A stretch of DNA of 64,000 bases, from NCBI RefSeq assembly GCF_964204645.1, contig NC_134026.1, positions 17,022,150-17,086,149 of the forward strand, read 5' to 3'. Below, in pieces: positions 50,820 to 64,000 of this stretch. Numbering within the stretch: position 1 is the stretch's first letter; every line of letters starts with the position of its first letter. Below the pieces are notes generated by a model that saw nothing but the letters and a program-made list of their open reading frames with translations, had not been told where the DNA came from and searched no databases. Source of the DNA: Tubulanus polymorphus. Taxonomy: Eukaryota; Animalia; Nemertea. The translations under genes and the position numbers were made by a program.

Positions 50820-50832
50820 GTTGCATGGATAC
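50820..50832. promoter_or_regulatory. RFX X-box-like site upstream of the CFAP90-like gene
   Basis: GTATCCATGCAAC on minus, ~75 bp before the ATG; a further GTTGCTA half-site at 50780. Confidence 0.5.
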
Positions 50833-53624
50833 GTCAGAAATAACATCCTCTCCTAGAAACTATCCCTCGCGATAAATAAAGCGCATAAACTATTCGGCGA
50901 TGAGCCGTGTTCAATTGGTGTAGCGTTAAAACAAAGACACATTACTTTGTATCTGTTTAAGATACAAAGTTAGTAAAACTCGCTTAATCCGGATCGGCTT
51001 TACCCCGATTTTGGTTTAATCCAGACAATATTTGCAGTCCATTTTTCAATTTAGGCCTACACGAAAATGACTTTTAATCTGGACGTATCGGCCCCATTCC
51101 ACGCGGTTGCGCCACCGCGCGGTATTTACGTGAAGCAGCAGAACACAAACATGGCCACTCTCTCAATTTTCAATGATTGAAATCGTGTGTGCATTTCAAT
51201 TATTTCGGCTCTTAGGGTTTTAAGGCACAATATAAGTTGATGATGTGATATGGCGATGTTAATTAATGATAATTCCGCAGTGAAGCTAGTCACGAACGGT
51301 GCCGATTGAGTGTACAGCTGCCAAAAACACTGAAATGTGCGTAGTTGCGTAACTATTTGCAGTGAATTGCAGACGAAACACGAAGCCTTAACGGCCGTTT
51401 AAAAATAAAATTATACCAATCGCAATTGTAAAATAAAAATGAGATAGAACCTAAGTTAAAATTCTGGCCATTTCTAAAATGTTATTACTAATTTTTAGTC
51501 AGTGCGGAACGTTTAGTTTTCCAACAATAATGAGGGGTGGTAGGTAGTCATGCAATTCAAGTCATCATTTATTACACGTTACTTCCGTGTTGTTGAAAAT
51601 CTCGCGAGCCCTGGACCAAACCCCAATGAACAATGTGATCTGTGTGCTGGCCACAAATGCACACAGATCACACTACACTACCCATTACACACTCCAGTAC
51701 CCACAGCTTTCATATATCCATCCAAATATTTAGTGTCTTTCTTCCTGGATTTCCCGTAAACCGGCAGAATTTTGTTGACACCAAACGATCCGAATTAAGC
51801 GCATACAGAAACATAGATATCTGTTCAAAAAACGTCGTCTTCCCTCCAAGAGAACGGCCAAAAGTTTGAGTTTAATAATTTTGTCTCTAAATATCGCGTG
51901 TCGGACGATCATTTTGTTACACGCGGAGTGCGTTGCTGCATTGGTGCCACGCGTGATTTTCGGGATTCGACTCTGCCCTATCATCTTGTAATCCTTCTTT
52001 CGCGTACGTTTTTAAACTTTAAACTGTCGCCGCCTAGAAGTTTCTACAATAGTACGCCTCTTGTCTCTTCAAATAAAATCTAAATTCGTAACTCTTGTGA
52101 AATTTAATTAATTTGAGCGCTGCTGCCCGACATTTTTTTGGAATGATGCGTCGAAGCAGAAGCTGACGAAACAAGAAACATTTAAAAGGTCTATAGAACA
52201 AACCTTTGTAGAAACAGCAATATGAAAATCTATATATAGACTGTACAAAAATAAATCACCAGATTTTTACTTTTGGAAGTGCTTCGATAACAGGATCTGA
52301 AAAAGACAATATATGTATTTCAAACTGAATGTGAATGTGCGAGGTGAAAACTTGTACGCAATCGTCTAGCCATTGTAACGTAACATTATATTTCCGACTT
52401 ATGGTTATATTTGAACTAGCGTGTAATACTAACTTTCGTTTTTTTCAAGTTTCGGTCAATTTTGTAGCCCGGGCTAGGTTTTCTGCCGCGATGTTTCGGT
52501 ATCTTTTCGGCTGTCAGAATTCTAAGTCAGACGATATTAACGATTTATTGGCACCTGTCCTTGTCATCCTTTCCAACACCAGCTTTTTAGCTTATGGTTC
52601 GCTTCTTATGCCAACGGTCTAGTTGGCCTTGTGCAGATATTGCTAGAAAGTGATTTTGACAAGCCACATTTTGAAACGGTGAGAGATCCAGTAGTTTTTC
52701 TTTTTGCAGATGATCCAAAATAGCCTAACACTCGCTATTGTGCGAATTTTGTTGCGATGTGACCGATCTAAACCGTAAAATTCTAGAAAATTGGAAAATT
52801 TCCTAAACTTTAGTATAACTTGACTTGACCAGAAATCATGAATACTCATTAGGGTATGTGCATGCGCTTAACACTGTGTAAAATGACAGGTGAATCCTCG
52901 CTTGAAAAGATCCGGAATTATAATGCCATTTTGTAAAATATCAAGCTTTGTATTGGCAATTACCGTTAAGAAAACAAAAGCACGTTATATTTTTATATTT
53001 TGTCACTGACTCGCGAAATAAAAGTACCGTCGGCGTCAAGGTACACGGAGAAACCGTAGCATATGAACTTCCACCAGTCGCCGGGTATGATACATGTACG
53101 TGGGAGGGAGGTAAGTCGCCAGTTTCTCCTGATGAATAAACGAATTATATCCAATAAAAAGACCTGCTGAATTGGAATAGAAATTCTTTTCAACTATTTC
53201 GTTTGCAGCTACTTAAGTTATTTAGAAGTAAAATATGATCTGCCACCCCTCCACTTTTTACTACGTGGATTGCTGGCCTCTCGATTGCGCAATACCGATA
53301 AATGATGGCAGCGCCAGCTTACCAATTGAGAGCATTCCACATTTTAGGCTGTCTCTGAAGCTATTTTAATAGCGAATGTGAAAGTACTGAATTATTTCCG
53401 AATAAACAAAAATGAAACAAAAATTAAAGAACTGACTCCGCGATATGAACGGTGGGTCTGAACTGCTCTGTCTTCTCATCCGTCGCTACAACACGTGTTA
53501 GTGAATTAAAATAGTAGTTTCAATAATTTTGACGGAACGTTGCACAGGCGTTTAAAACATTTCTTGAGGGTGGCCAGGCTCCACATTTCGAAATGATAAT
53601 TCGAACCGAATATGTTTGCGTAAT

Positions 53625-54700
53625 CTAGCTTACTTTACTTTATTTGACAAACTCTTGGTCTTAATACAAATACAATTCGAGTGATACGGGATACATGAAA
53701 ATAAATACATTATATAGGACGTACAGTAGATAGATACATAATTAAATATTGATTTGCATGTGAGCTATCAAGTGAAAAATTTCATGTTTCTACCAACAAA
53801 AATACACAGTTTACGAAGTTCGGCTCTATCTTAAGTTTGCATTAATAATTTGTATTGAAAAAGGTTGGGGTTCGTTTAAAATCTCCTGTCTAGATATAAT
53901 TCCCTACAATCATTTAAATATGTACGGTTGAAAAGATAATGAAATTCGTCCCCAATCCCATTATTACACAATTGACATGTTCTTTCAGCACGCTCTACAT
54001 TATTCCATCTGCCAGTTTCTATTGGGAGCTTATGATTTGCAATACGGAATTTAGTTGAATTAATCATGAGGGTATCTATAAGATCAGAGACTAGATGGTT
54101 TTCCACGAGTAGATCGGTTTTGAATAACATGTAGTGAGAACCTTTAGTAGAATCGCGTATGGAGCTAGTCCATGATTGCTTACATTGACCTAGTAACCGT
54201 TGTTTGGATGTTGCTTTGAGCCAAATAACCTTTGGGAATGATTGTGAATCCCATATATTATTCAGTCCGACGGAGTATAGGATATCTTTTATATTCTGGA
54301 ACCATTTAATATTAAGAGCATCCCCATTTCCTAGAAATAAATTCAATTGCAGACCTATATAAAATATGCAACAATTTACCGAAAGGGGATGATACTGTTT
54401 GTGCCCAAAAAGTTAACATTCTCACTTTAATCTTGATCAAAAGAGGGTGTCTACCAGTTTCGGCATACAACATATAAGATGGAGTACTATTTCTGAGATG
54501 TAATACGTGACTCATAAAGGAAATATGGACATTTTCTAGGCACTGTAGGTTGGAGAACCCCCAGACCACATAGCCAAATGTTAGAATAGGAACAATAGAC
54601 TGATCGAAAAGTTTATAAGCTGGCAGTCCGGTGGTAGGTTTATAGTATGTATACGCGTGTACAAAAATGGAGAGCTGTTTTTGTTTGACTAATTAGATAC
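53625..54700 (-). mobile_element. Non-LTR retrotransposon 3' fragment (RTE-X-like)
   Basis: LFDQSIVPILTFG..VWG, YAETGRHPL, KFRIANHKLPIETGRW...RTCQLCN..GDEFHYLF zinc knuckle; frameshifts. Confidence 0.85.
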
Positions 54701-55778
54701 TTCTTTGTTGCTAGGAAACTTCTGTTTTGTTGTAGGGGGATACCAAGATTCTTGTTTGTACTAACAATTTCGATGTTTTTAGCCACTATCTCCTAAAACG
54801 ATGCCATCATATTCTGGATGTCTGAAAAAAATCAGCCATCCCTAGATTAAGTTGTATGAGTTATTTATGGTGAATGGTACTAAGCTTCAATAAGAAAAGA
54901 TTCTAAAGTATCTAATGATTGATAGCAATTCTCAGTCCAATGGACTTTTTTCTTAGATTTTTGCTCATGGGAAAATTATTTTCCTTTTTGTTTTTTCAAT
55001 AAACTAGATTACTTGAATAACACTTAAGAATATACAAGAATTGATTTCTGTGAAAAGGTTATTTTTATGGTTCATAAATTATAGAAGCAAAGGAGAGCGG
55101 AGGTAAGATTCACACAGTTCAAGGGAGACGGAGACATTCATACCTGCTGATTGGAGATGATCGGAATATATGACCACATGAGTCGATCCAGGCCATTTTG
55201 TAATGATGTTAGTAAATCTTGCTAGAAAACAGTGTGCTCAATAGACCTATAGACCTATAGACGTTTGATACATATAACACCTCACCTGACGATCTTAATC
55301 CATGTGCAAATCGGCCGTAAAGTGAGAGTAAATTTTAGTCGATTCGACGGCAGCCATATTGAAAACTTGTGCAGGGAGCTGGCATATGTGGACTGAGGCC
55401 ACGACAACAACACAAACTAAAGAAACGAAACGACAAAATTGAAAAAAATCGGAAATCAACACTTATTCACATTTTTCTTCAACTAGAATTTATTTTTCTA
55501 ATTATCTATTATAGAAAACACGAAGATTTGAAATATATGTTGGAAAACTATCAAAAATAAAAATTGTCGTTTCGTTTTAGAAGTTATATACATCCTTGTA
55601 GGTCTCCTTGTCTATCGTGGTACATGTGTTAGTTTTTGAATCAAGCCATTAATTGTAGACTGAAGTCAATAGAAAGTATATTTTTGAAGTGTTACTTTTT
55701 CAACTGTGTTTCGGCCCATTGGTATGAGCCCACCCGATTACAAAAAGCTTAACACCAAACGATTAGTTGGGTAACTAA

Positions 55779-56422
55779 CTATCCGAAACTATCACCAACC
55801 ACTTCCAAGAATGAACCGGAGGCGAGAAATCGGAGTCCTATCAGAATCTGGTTTGAAACACTAATTGAATGATTACGGTGAGTTGTCCTGTTCATTTCGT
55901 CTCCGACAAGGTTCGTGATGAATTCCAGACCATGCCGACCAAATCTGAATCTCTGCCGCAATTGATCATCAGTGAATTCCTCATATTGTTCGAAATCATG
56001 TCTAAAATGTCTTTCATTTTGAAAATTTGGAACAAAGCAACCTATGTTTTGTAATGTAATGTAATGTAATTTTTTTCGTCACCAATTATAATTACAAATA
56101 AAATGTATAACAAATAAGTAGATTGATGATGAGGGACCTGAACAGAGCCTTAGAGGCTGTACAATCACTAGGACGTTCAGGCCCCCTAGAGAAAAAAAAG
56201 AAGATTGATGGTTTCGTTTTCGGCCATTTTTGTTGATTTAACGAGTCGTAAGGTGAGATAAACAACCTACCTTGGACTGTTTAACAAGAACGGTCGTTTA
56301 AGTGATTTAACCGACCACTAAATCTTTGAGCAACCGGAAACAACGACTGTATAATTTTTAACGACTCGTTTAGCAATTTAACGACTGTTTAAGACTTAAA
56401 CAACCTTTGAGCAACCGGCCCC
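55779..56422 (-). mobile_element. Harbinger transposon fragment (one terminus plus transposase N-terminal exon)
   Basis: RQRFRFGR...RNHSISVSNQILIGLRFLASGSF...GD, HARBI1-like; terminus GGGGCCGGTTGCTCAAA at 56422. Confidence 0.8.
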
Positions 56423-58937
56423 AGATGTTCAAATTCCATTTCTTACGACAACTTTGAACCGTATACTACTGTTAATACCACCTATCCTCAGACGAGAGTT
56501 TATTACGAAATAAAGGCGATTATCCCATTATTTGCCACTGCGCGCACACACGTGAGTTGCGCTTTCTTTAATTATTTATCTACAGGACCACGACCAAACG
56601 GATTGGTGTATGAGAGCACACGAGTGAAAACGGTGCCGGCGGTGTATGCGATACCTTCACCAAGAACCTTATAGTGTCTGATGTACCATTGAGTACACTA
56701 GGATCGTAAAGCGACGGAGACTGGTGGAGACAACCACTGCCAGGGCTGGGTGAAGCGATACCAAAAGCGTGATACGAAAAAACAAATATCAAAACCGCCA
56801 AATGATTAGCAAAATAATGACGACGAACTCCCGACGCTGATTTATTTTATATCTTTTTTGTTACGATAAGCGAAATTTTGGATAGAGTAATTTCGAACCT
56901 CATCTATAGATGGCAGCACCAACAGAGCGCTCTACGATTTATCGATTTAGTGTAAATAAAATGAAACGTACAAGTATTGTCATGTACGGATGTTCAATAT
57001 TTCCACGTCAAAAATAAAGTTCTAAATTGAATGTAATCATGAAACGCACGGTTGACTCTGACAAAACAAAAAACCAATGGTTTTTTCATTGCTAATCCTC
57101 AGTTGCCACAGTTAGTGTAGATCTTCAAGATAATTATTTTATTGCTTTTCTAAATAGAAAAAAATTCTGTGAACATATGCAAACACTTTATTCAAAATCT
57201 AGAAGCTTCAAACCTATAAGATCAAACTATATTGTCACACTTGATTGAAACTGAGACAATAATTTTCGCTATTTTCACGGTTCCTCGAAATGAGGTAGAT
57301 GAAACGAACCGTGCCGCTGTTGTTATAATTATAAAACGTGGATTACCAGTACGTAGAAGACGAGAGCAAATAAACGCCCGCAGAAAATAAACCAATGCCG
57401 TACTTTATAAACAAAGACGATTAATGCTTTGCCGATGCGGGCGAGCGCATTTAGCTTTTTAATTTTCATTAGCGTCTTTTTCATGACGCGGGCGTGACTT
57501 GAGAAACCAGGGTATTTCTTTTGTGTTGCCTATTAGAAAATTTTAAAATAAGAAGATTGAGTTCTTGCATTGCGACACAATAAATCCATAAAATGAACAA
57601 AACTAAAGTTTTTGGGATCTAAAATATTAGTTCACATGGCAAAGTTCAAAGAGAATTCTTTTGAAAGTTGACAGTCAACCAAGTTACACTTAGCCTTAGA
57701 TCGATGGAGTTAAAAAGGATAAAGGATGTGCACCAAGAGCATCAATAATCCGATAGGTGGTGGACGGTTGGCTGCCTTTACAACTTACGTGTTCTTCACA
57801 GAGCGAGTACAAATCTGGGCCATAAATACCTCCAACCAAAGATCCCAGTCAGAATACCCTCATATGTGCACATTACAAAATACCCACAAAGTTCGTCAGG
57901 GTTCGTACATTTCAGGGCAACTGGAATTCCAGGAATTTTCCGGCAGAAAGATAAACAATTCTATACTTACATTATTATAGTTATACACTTACATAGAATA
58001 ATTCACGCAAAATGATTACACAAAGAAAATTCACGAGCTTTGATTGTATTTTGGACACATATGAGAGCATTCTGGGTGAAGGGAACCAGTTTGGGATACT
58101 TTGGTGGAGGTAATGGGCATATCCCATACGTTCCAGATTTGGTTTGTACAGCTTGATTTGAAATTGTGAATTTCAAATTTTGCCTGATTTTCCATTGTTC
58201 GAAATATCTTGCCTGGAAATAAAAATCCAGTAGGCCGATTAATTCTTCTAACCCGAGACAACAAAACGAAGGTGCCTGTTTGAACCACTATCGAATCTAA
58301 TAATATTTTTATTTTTGCAATTATTTTGTGGTATTTCAATATGTCAAAAATTGATTCACTATCTAGGAAAGATGTTCAAGGTAAAATGTCCCAATGGGAA
58401 ATGGGTGTGTCACAAAACAAGACAAATCCATAAAAGGAAATATGTACCAGCTATCAGTACCCAGCTATCAACCGGCTGTCTGTTCGAACCCCATTACTTT
58501 TTAAAATAAAACAGTTGAAATAAAAGGCTCTACCTGAGACGATTGATGCTTTGCCGATGCAGGCGAGCGCATCTGACTAATCAATTTTTATTAGGGACAT
58601 TTTTTTATGATGCGGGCGTTCTTGAGAAACTACACTATTTCTTTGTGTGGGCTGATGTTAAAAGTTTATCAACATTCAAATTTTCGGTTTTCCACCAAAA
58701 CCATCATCAGGAATGACTTGTGATACAGCATCTCAGCGTTTAAACTGCCATACAAAATATTTTCCCAATACATATTCATCCAGGTGTTGCCACTCCCTGT
58801 GGTAATACGCCTGACATTTAGGGTGTTATGTCTGAACCATCAATTCATAGACTGAGTTCTATGATCAATTTTAGACAGATATCCCCATTTGTGAAACAAT
58901 TTATCAGTCTCGACTTCGCCTTGCAAACATACCCCTG

Positions 58938-59135
58938 TGAAGCTGGCTCCCGGTTCCCGGTTCCTTATTCGGCTCCCGATTCAAAATGCTGTTGAATCGG
59001 GAGCCGAATCGGGAACTGGGAACCGGGAGCCGGCTACTGGTTCAGCTCCCGATTCAAAATGCTTTTGAACCGGGAGCCGAATCGGGAACCGGGAACCGGG
59101 AGCCGGCTACTGGTTCAGCTCCCGATTCAAAATGT
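58938..59135. repeat. GC-rich 73-bp tandem repeat with inverted partial unit
   Basis: GAA(T/C)CGGGAGCCGAATCGGGAAC..GCTCCCGATTCAAAATG twice; related segments at ~59895 and ~60648. Confidence 0.8.
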
Positions 59136-61816
59136 GAAGCTGGCTACTTATTCGCCAGGTGGCGCTGGTATACACTATGCCTTAGTCCAGACATTTTACG
59201 TAACTATGTCTACTCTGCTGATAAACAAACTCGACCTCGACCTTGACAACAAATCGCCAGGTGATGGCGCGAGCCAATCCAGACGTCTAAACACGATTGC
59301 GTATGCGACCGCGAGAGCGGTCAGCTGTATGTAGCTATACGTCAGTAAGCTGCGTCTATTAATAACACAACTTGGTTTAAGAACGTGTGTATTGCTCGGT
59401 CGTTTTTCTCGTCACCGAATCGACTTCTTCATATGTTATTCGCCTCTTTAATCATTTAATCAATAAACCATCGATTGTTCCCGAGCTATAGGGTATTGAT
59501 TAGTCAGCACTGAAAGGGTTAACAAGAGAGAAAGTTTCTAACGAAAGTTATGGAATCCCCAAGAAAACAATATCTGCAAGCCCATGAAATTGTAAGATAT
59601 AAGATAAACAGACGCTTTCTGCCCGCCGTATAAATCACCCTTCATGCAGGGTAAATCCATTGTCAAAGATGAAAAAACAATCACTTCAATATTCTATTAA
59701 ACTTAATATTTTCCTATCTATCAAATTCCATAGAAAACATAAAAGAACATTTTTCTCATCCCTAAACCGAAAATAGCTGGAAATGAGAGCGCACACAAAA
59801 TTCTAATCCAATAGTTACCACGGTTGCATGGTAAAACAGTGAGACCACTAACATTGGCGCAGAGATAAGATGGTTGAATAGACGTCTCAATTGCAAAATG
59901 TGAAGCTGGCTACTTATTCGATTCGACTCTATTGCGGACAGCAGGTAAACATAATTAAGTAAGTATGTCTGCTGAAATGAGTGCAACCTGACCTCGGCCA
60001 CCAGGCTAATCGAGACGTCTGAATTAACAACACGCGTGTGACTTCAATATACACAGTTACTATGCAACTTTATTCTATACTATAAGCGGCTAAGCCATAG
60101 CGTATTAACTTTGTAGCGCGTAATCTCCGTTCGTGTGGCTTCGATTACGCGTTGAGTGGTATGGATTGAAAGAGGATGGTCTGATCTGTGTTTACGAATA
60201 GATTTCGTGCCGATACGATAAAGTTTAGGTAGACTTTTCTACCATTAAGTTTGGACTTTCCGCGTGACGTCACTGCGCGCGATGATGAAAACAAACATTT
60301 GCGCGATGTGAGCGTCAGCTGTTGCTCGTTGACTACAGAGACGCCGGTGACCTAATTTCATTTTGTCTGCCTACAGAGACGCGGATGGCGTCAATTCTGG
60401 GGAATGTAATAGTGGAGAATACTGCGATGTGAGCATCATCGGTCTGATACGAGAAAGATGTACTGCATGATTTGTTATATGTTGCTAGTTCTTCTGCCCT
60501 GGGCCCGGTTTAGGTGATAATTCTAATGGAAAATGTTTAATTCGGGTTAATTCGGGTTAGTTAATTGGTTTACCTTTGTCAGCGATATGAAGTTGGCTAT
60601 TGAAATGTGTATTGAAATATTGTCAACATATTTGAAAATCATTTTCAATCGGGAGCCGAATCGGGAGCCGGCTCCCGGTTCCCGGCTCCCAATTCAAAAT
60701 GTGAAGCTGGCTACTTATTCGATTCGACTCTATTGCGGACAGATAAATGTTATGATTGCGTAACTATGGTGTCTGCTCTCAAGTGCTAGCCGCAACCTTG
60801 ACTACCAGTCGAGACGAGGCCAATCGAGACGTCTAAATACATCGCGCAACCAGGTGTGCTGACCGCGAGCGTTGCCCGGAGCGTTGACCTGCACTTTGAC
60901 TCAGCAACTCATAATATCTTCTTTTATTCATTGAAGGTTTTGTGAAATAAGCGAAATCCTCGGAAATTTCTTTCCTTTTAAAAACTGCCAGCTGCTGCTA
61001 CTACGTCATCATTCCGATATGAGTGTATGAAGCTACGAGATAGATTGTACGCGTGACTTGTGATATGTAGTTTTTCCCACAGCCAAATGGGTTAATGCCC
61101 TGGGCCCGGTTTAGGTGATAATTCGAATTGAAAGTGCTTTATTCTAGTTAGTGAATTCGATGATTAAATCTCTTTCACAAACGCTAATTAGGGAAAAGTG
61201 AATTAATTGTAATTATCTTCGAAGTTAATTCCAAATTAATTATTGCATTATTCCTATACGATGAAAAAACTATCATTAATAAAATGACCAGCCCCGTCGC
61301 TAATTATGCACACCGGAATTAGGGGGAGCTTAAATTCCCGTTCGTGAAACCCGAAACCCGACCCTGGTGAAAATGCGATCAACAAGATCAAAATTGTGAC
61401 ATCGTCAAATAAACAGGCGTTCGAACGAGACGTCCGCCCACCGTCTGAATCACCTACGTATACATACCTATAGTCGCCTTTTTTGTTGAGTATTATATTT
61501 TCCGTAAATATTATAACACACTAGAAAACGAAAACATGTGGATAATTTGGAAGAAAGGGTTGTAGTGTAGGTAAATATATTCATATGTATTCTAATCCAA
61601 TGGTTACTGTGGTTGCATAGCAACTGCGAAACTACTGAAATCTGCACACGCAGACGTCTCGATTAGCCTAGTGACCGAGGTCAGGTTAGCTATCGCTTAT
61701 CTCAGGCGAGACATGGTTACGTAAATACGTCTGGACTGAGGAATATCGTATACTCGCGCCATGTGAGAATAGAAAACCTGGAACGAATGAAATGTCCGGC
61801 TGTCAAAAGGTAATAG

Positions 61817-62106
61817 CAGAGCCGTCGGAAGGAATTTTTAAGTGGCGAGGCTTATTTCTGAAGGGGGTTTAGGGGCCCTCCCCTAGAAAAATTTTGAAAA
61901 TTCAATCGCCGGAGATGCGTTTTGGGGCCATTTCACGGTCTCATTCACAGAAGCATGAGAAGCCGTGAGCCAACCACCTAGTTAACGACGAGCTGCTAAA
62001 CGACGAGCTGCTATACGCGGTACAGCGTGCTTTTGAAAAATATTTTGTTAAGCAAAAAAGTGGGGCGGCTTTGGCCGCCCCTGCCGCCCCTGTTCCGACG
62101 GCCATG
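61817..62106. mobile_element. Short MITE (CAGAGCCGTCGGAA...TTCCGACGGCCATG)
   Basis: Imperfect TIR; internal GGGGCCCCTCCC..AAAATTTTGAAA motif typical of this MITE type. Confidence 0.55.
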
Positions 62107-63039
62107 AATAGAGATGTTACGAGAGGTCATCGGTTGGTTTTTCGATGTATTTGATGATGCGCTGTAACTTAAACCATAGCGCCGAATCGATTTAGGGTGT
62201 TTTAGTAAAAAAATTCGAATCGGAACAGTTTTCCAACTTATTACTACCAACGGAATTCCTTTGTAAAAGTACATAATTTCAAAATTTTTGATATATCTCG
62301 AATATCGTTGATGAGTCATATATAATGAAGGTCGAAGGTTTAGAGGGTCGATTCATTGGAATTTTAAAGGCATAGATATATAATTTCTGGAATGAAAAAA
62401 AATCAAAGTTTGGAACTTAATGATAGTGAAGTTTCAGCATGTCTCCTTTACAATGAAGGATTCAATCCGCGATGTTGATTCTACTTGCTTAAAGGGCACA
62501 TGTACAATTAATAGAATATCATGTCATACTTTTTCTATGAAGTAATATGTTCACAAGTTATAATATGCTACTGATTATCATTTCAGTCATTTCCTGAAAT
62601 ACACTTATAAATCGGCAGTTTGAGCAGGTGCTCACTGTATCTAGATGTGTGCAGGTACGTGTTCCTGACGTCATCTCTGTTGAAAGCTTACTGTTAACTC
62701 AGTTTCTACTCATTTAAAAGGGGTATTTAAGATTTTTTTAATTAATGATTTCTAAAGTATTGTTGGTGCCATCGTATATGATATGATAAACATATATGTT
62801 AGTGGGTGCATCATATAGCCGTGATATATAAGAGGGAACAAATTATGACTATCAATTGTATACGTATATGGGCTAGAGAGCGCATACGTGCTTAGGTTTA
62901 TCACCGACATACCGTGAAAAAAGCAACAGTGAGTTTGGTGAACTGTGTAAACAAAGTGAAGAATAAATGAACGACGCATTTATAAGTAATCATTCCTTTG
63001 CGAAATAAGCATTGCGTTTATCAATCACGAAAAGTACAA

Positions 63040-63340
63040 TTCATTGGCCATGTGGCCAAAAGTAAAAACGTTTGAGACGCTGAAGCAAGAGTTTCGGTGG
63101 GCTGCAATCAAACCCAGGCAAGTATGGCGCCAGAGAGGCGATCCGATGTTTATTGGACAGTGTCTGTCATCGAGAGGATTTCCGAGGTTGCGCCAGACGT
63201 GATGACACAATCAACTGGGACTATCGTAGCTACGTCACCAAGCAATGATGCTGACCTACTATTTTGATATCGGAAAAGCTGACCGTGCGAAGAAGAAATT
63301 GATATCTGTTATCACTCATCACCGCCCAATGAGATACAGG
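63040..63340 (+). pseudogene. Possible highly degenerate Gypsy integrase fragment
   Basis: GH..KVKTFETLKQEFRW and ISVITHHRPM resemble the zf-H2C2/integrase junction. Confidence 0.25.
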
Positions 63341-64000
63341 TGAGAATCCCACCTGTTGCTGACGCACTGTTGCTGGGGCACCGCTCCAGGGGAAATTAGT
63401 ACGTATGATCACAAATGTGAAAATGCAGTGTTAAGTATTATATTTTAAAGTCTATCCCAGTGGTTATGATCGCGGTGCATCAAACAGTTCATATCATCGC
63501 AGATCTGGAACCCTGTGGTTTCTATGTGCTCAACCCTGCAAGTAACTGAGGTCAGGCAACTACTACATTCAAGAGTGAATAATACTAAAGTTTTCACATC
63601 CTGGTCATTCACTTCTCTTTATTCCTCTAGATTTGGTTTTTCTTGTATATTCTCAAAGAACACCGATTACTTAAAATGTATTTAAGCATGGAATTTCGAG
63701 GATTAATTTCTTATTTTGTGCACTTAACAAAGCTAGACATGCGCAAATATGTTAACTAATGACTATTTGTGGATTTGATTATCATCTCATGAGATCGTAC
63801 GTTCTGTGTTGCTATTTTGCTTAAACACCGTCCAAATATAATGTTTCAACTTGAAAATTAGTTCTGACACTTTCTAATGTAAACATTGACTTTGGTATCC
63901 TCGGAAAATATTCACTCTTGAATGCAACAAGACTTCAAACTAATTTTTCCTTGCTAATTTCTTCATTTTCTTAGTGTAAACTTCGAAAGTTTTGCTCTTT

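Overview
AT-rich animal (probably lophotrochozoan/marine invertebrate) genomic DNA, not prokaryotic. 0.7-2.8 kb: rearranged Penelope-like retroelement (two GIY-YIG copies, inverted RT fragment, minimal hammerhead ribozyme). About 3.35-20.65 kb: a very AT-rich, decayed endogenous Polinton/Maverick (adintovirus-like) locus built from two related but diverged copies in inverted orientation. It contains an integrase chromodomain, packaging ATPase, major capsid, two penton-like genes, membrane proteins, zinc-finger genes and a protein-primed PolB. The standout feature is a ~1.04-kb intein with a LAGLIDADG homing endonuclease inserted into the catalytic YxD|TDS motif of that PolB (13744-14785). A separate N-terminal PolB fragment lies at 45.1-46.8 kb. 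Host genes: a CBARP/BARP-like single-pass membrane protein gene with five coding exons (minus strand, 23428-40608, ~864 aa) and an intronless CFAP90/C5orf49-like gene (50271-50747). The rest is MITEs, SINE-like, LINE and Harbinger fragments and simple repeats. All homology calls come from recognising motifs by eye, not from database searches.
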